Origin: Leucoraja ocellata
Lineage: Eukaryota
Direction of reading: 5' to 3'
NCBI GenBank assembly: GCA_036785375.1
Contig: JAWMAR010000342.1
Coordinates: 1,426,001-1,490,000, forward strand
DNA length: 64,000 bases
Part shown: positions 63,625 to 64,000 of the stretch, in pieces
How the letters are laid out: every line of letters starts with the position of its first letter
Position numbering within the stretch: position 1 is the stretch's first letter
Notes under the pieces: generated by a model
Database searches by the model: none
Told to the model about the DNA's origin: nothing
Seen by the model: the letters and a program-made list of their open reading frames with translations, nothing else
Made by a program: the position numbers and the translations under genes

Positions 63625-64000
63625 AATTCAATTCAACTTTATTGTCATTGCACAAATACGAGTATAGGTACAACAAAATGCAGTTTAGCATCTGGTCATA
63701 GTCATAGTGCAAGATAGTAGAAGTAAAAATAAAAATACAAAATAAGCATACAATAAAAATAAAAAATACTGGTTAACAATGTGTGGATTGTGGATGAATT
63801 AAAACTGGTACATAGGCAAATAACTATACAAATGGGAGAGTCTAAAGATAGCTAGCGACGGGACTCTGAATTCAGCAGTGTAATGGTGTTGTTGAAAAAG
63901 CTGTTCCTCAGCCTGCTTGTGCGAGACCTGAGGCTCCTGTACCGCCTCCCTGATGGGAGGAGGGCAAACAGTCCATGGTTAGGGAGAGAGTCATTAGAAA
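63625..64000 (-). mobile_element. Rex/Babar-like LINE 3' end (continues beyond window)
   Basis: (TTCAA)n tail and aagctgttcctcagcctg...cctgtaccgcctccctgatggg, homologous to 15495-15560. Confidence 0.7.

Overview
Vertebrate genomic DNA. The repeat families suggest a cartilaginous fish such as a skate or ray (inference). The window holds the last six coding exons of NGLY1 (589-17256, + strand), a CpG-island promoter (~20760-21900) and coding exons 1-16 of TOP2B (21755-63363, + strand, continuing beyond the window). All exons have GT-AG boundaries and contiguous reading phases. The introns are dense with mobile DNA: a full-length inactive IR/DR Tc1 element, CR1 and Rex/Babar-like LINE fragments, hAT, Harbinger and Tigger-like MITEs, and three notable families. 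(1) A Penelope-like (GIY-YIG) retroelement whose terminal repeat carries a minimal hammerhead-ribozyme-like core (CTGAAGA..GAAACGTH). It occurs about 10 times, including a 93-nt TSD-flanked insertion whose empty site is visible in a paralogous sequence in this window. (2) A CAGGG-ended non-autonomous DNA transposon that makes 5-bp TSDs (four copies). (3) An ~11.7-kb head-to-tail pile of non-autonomous Helitrons in TOP2B intron 12. There are three ~200-N assembly gaps. Repeat family names come from motif recognition, not database searches.
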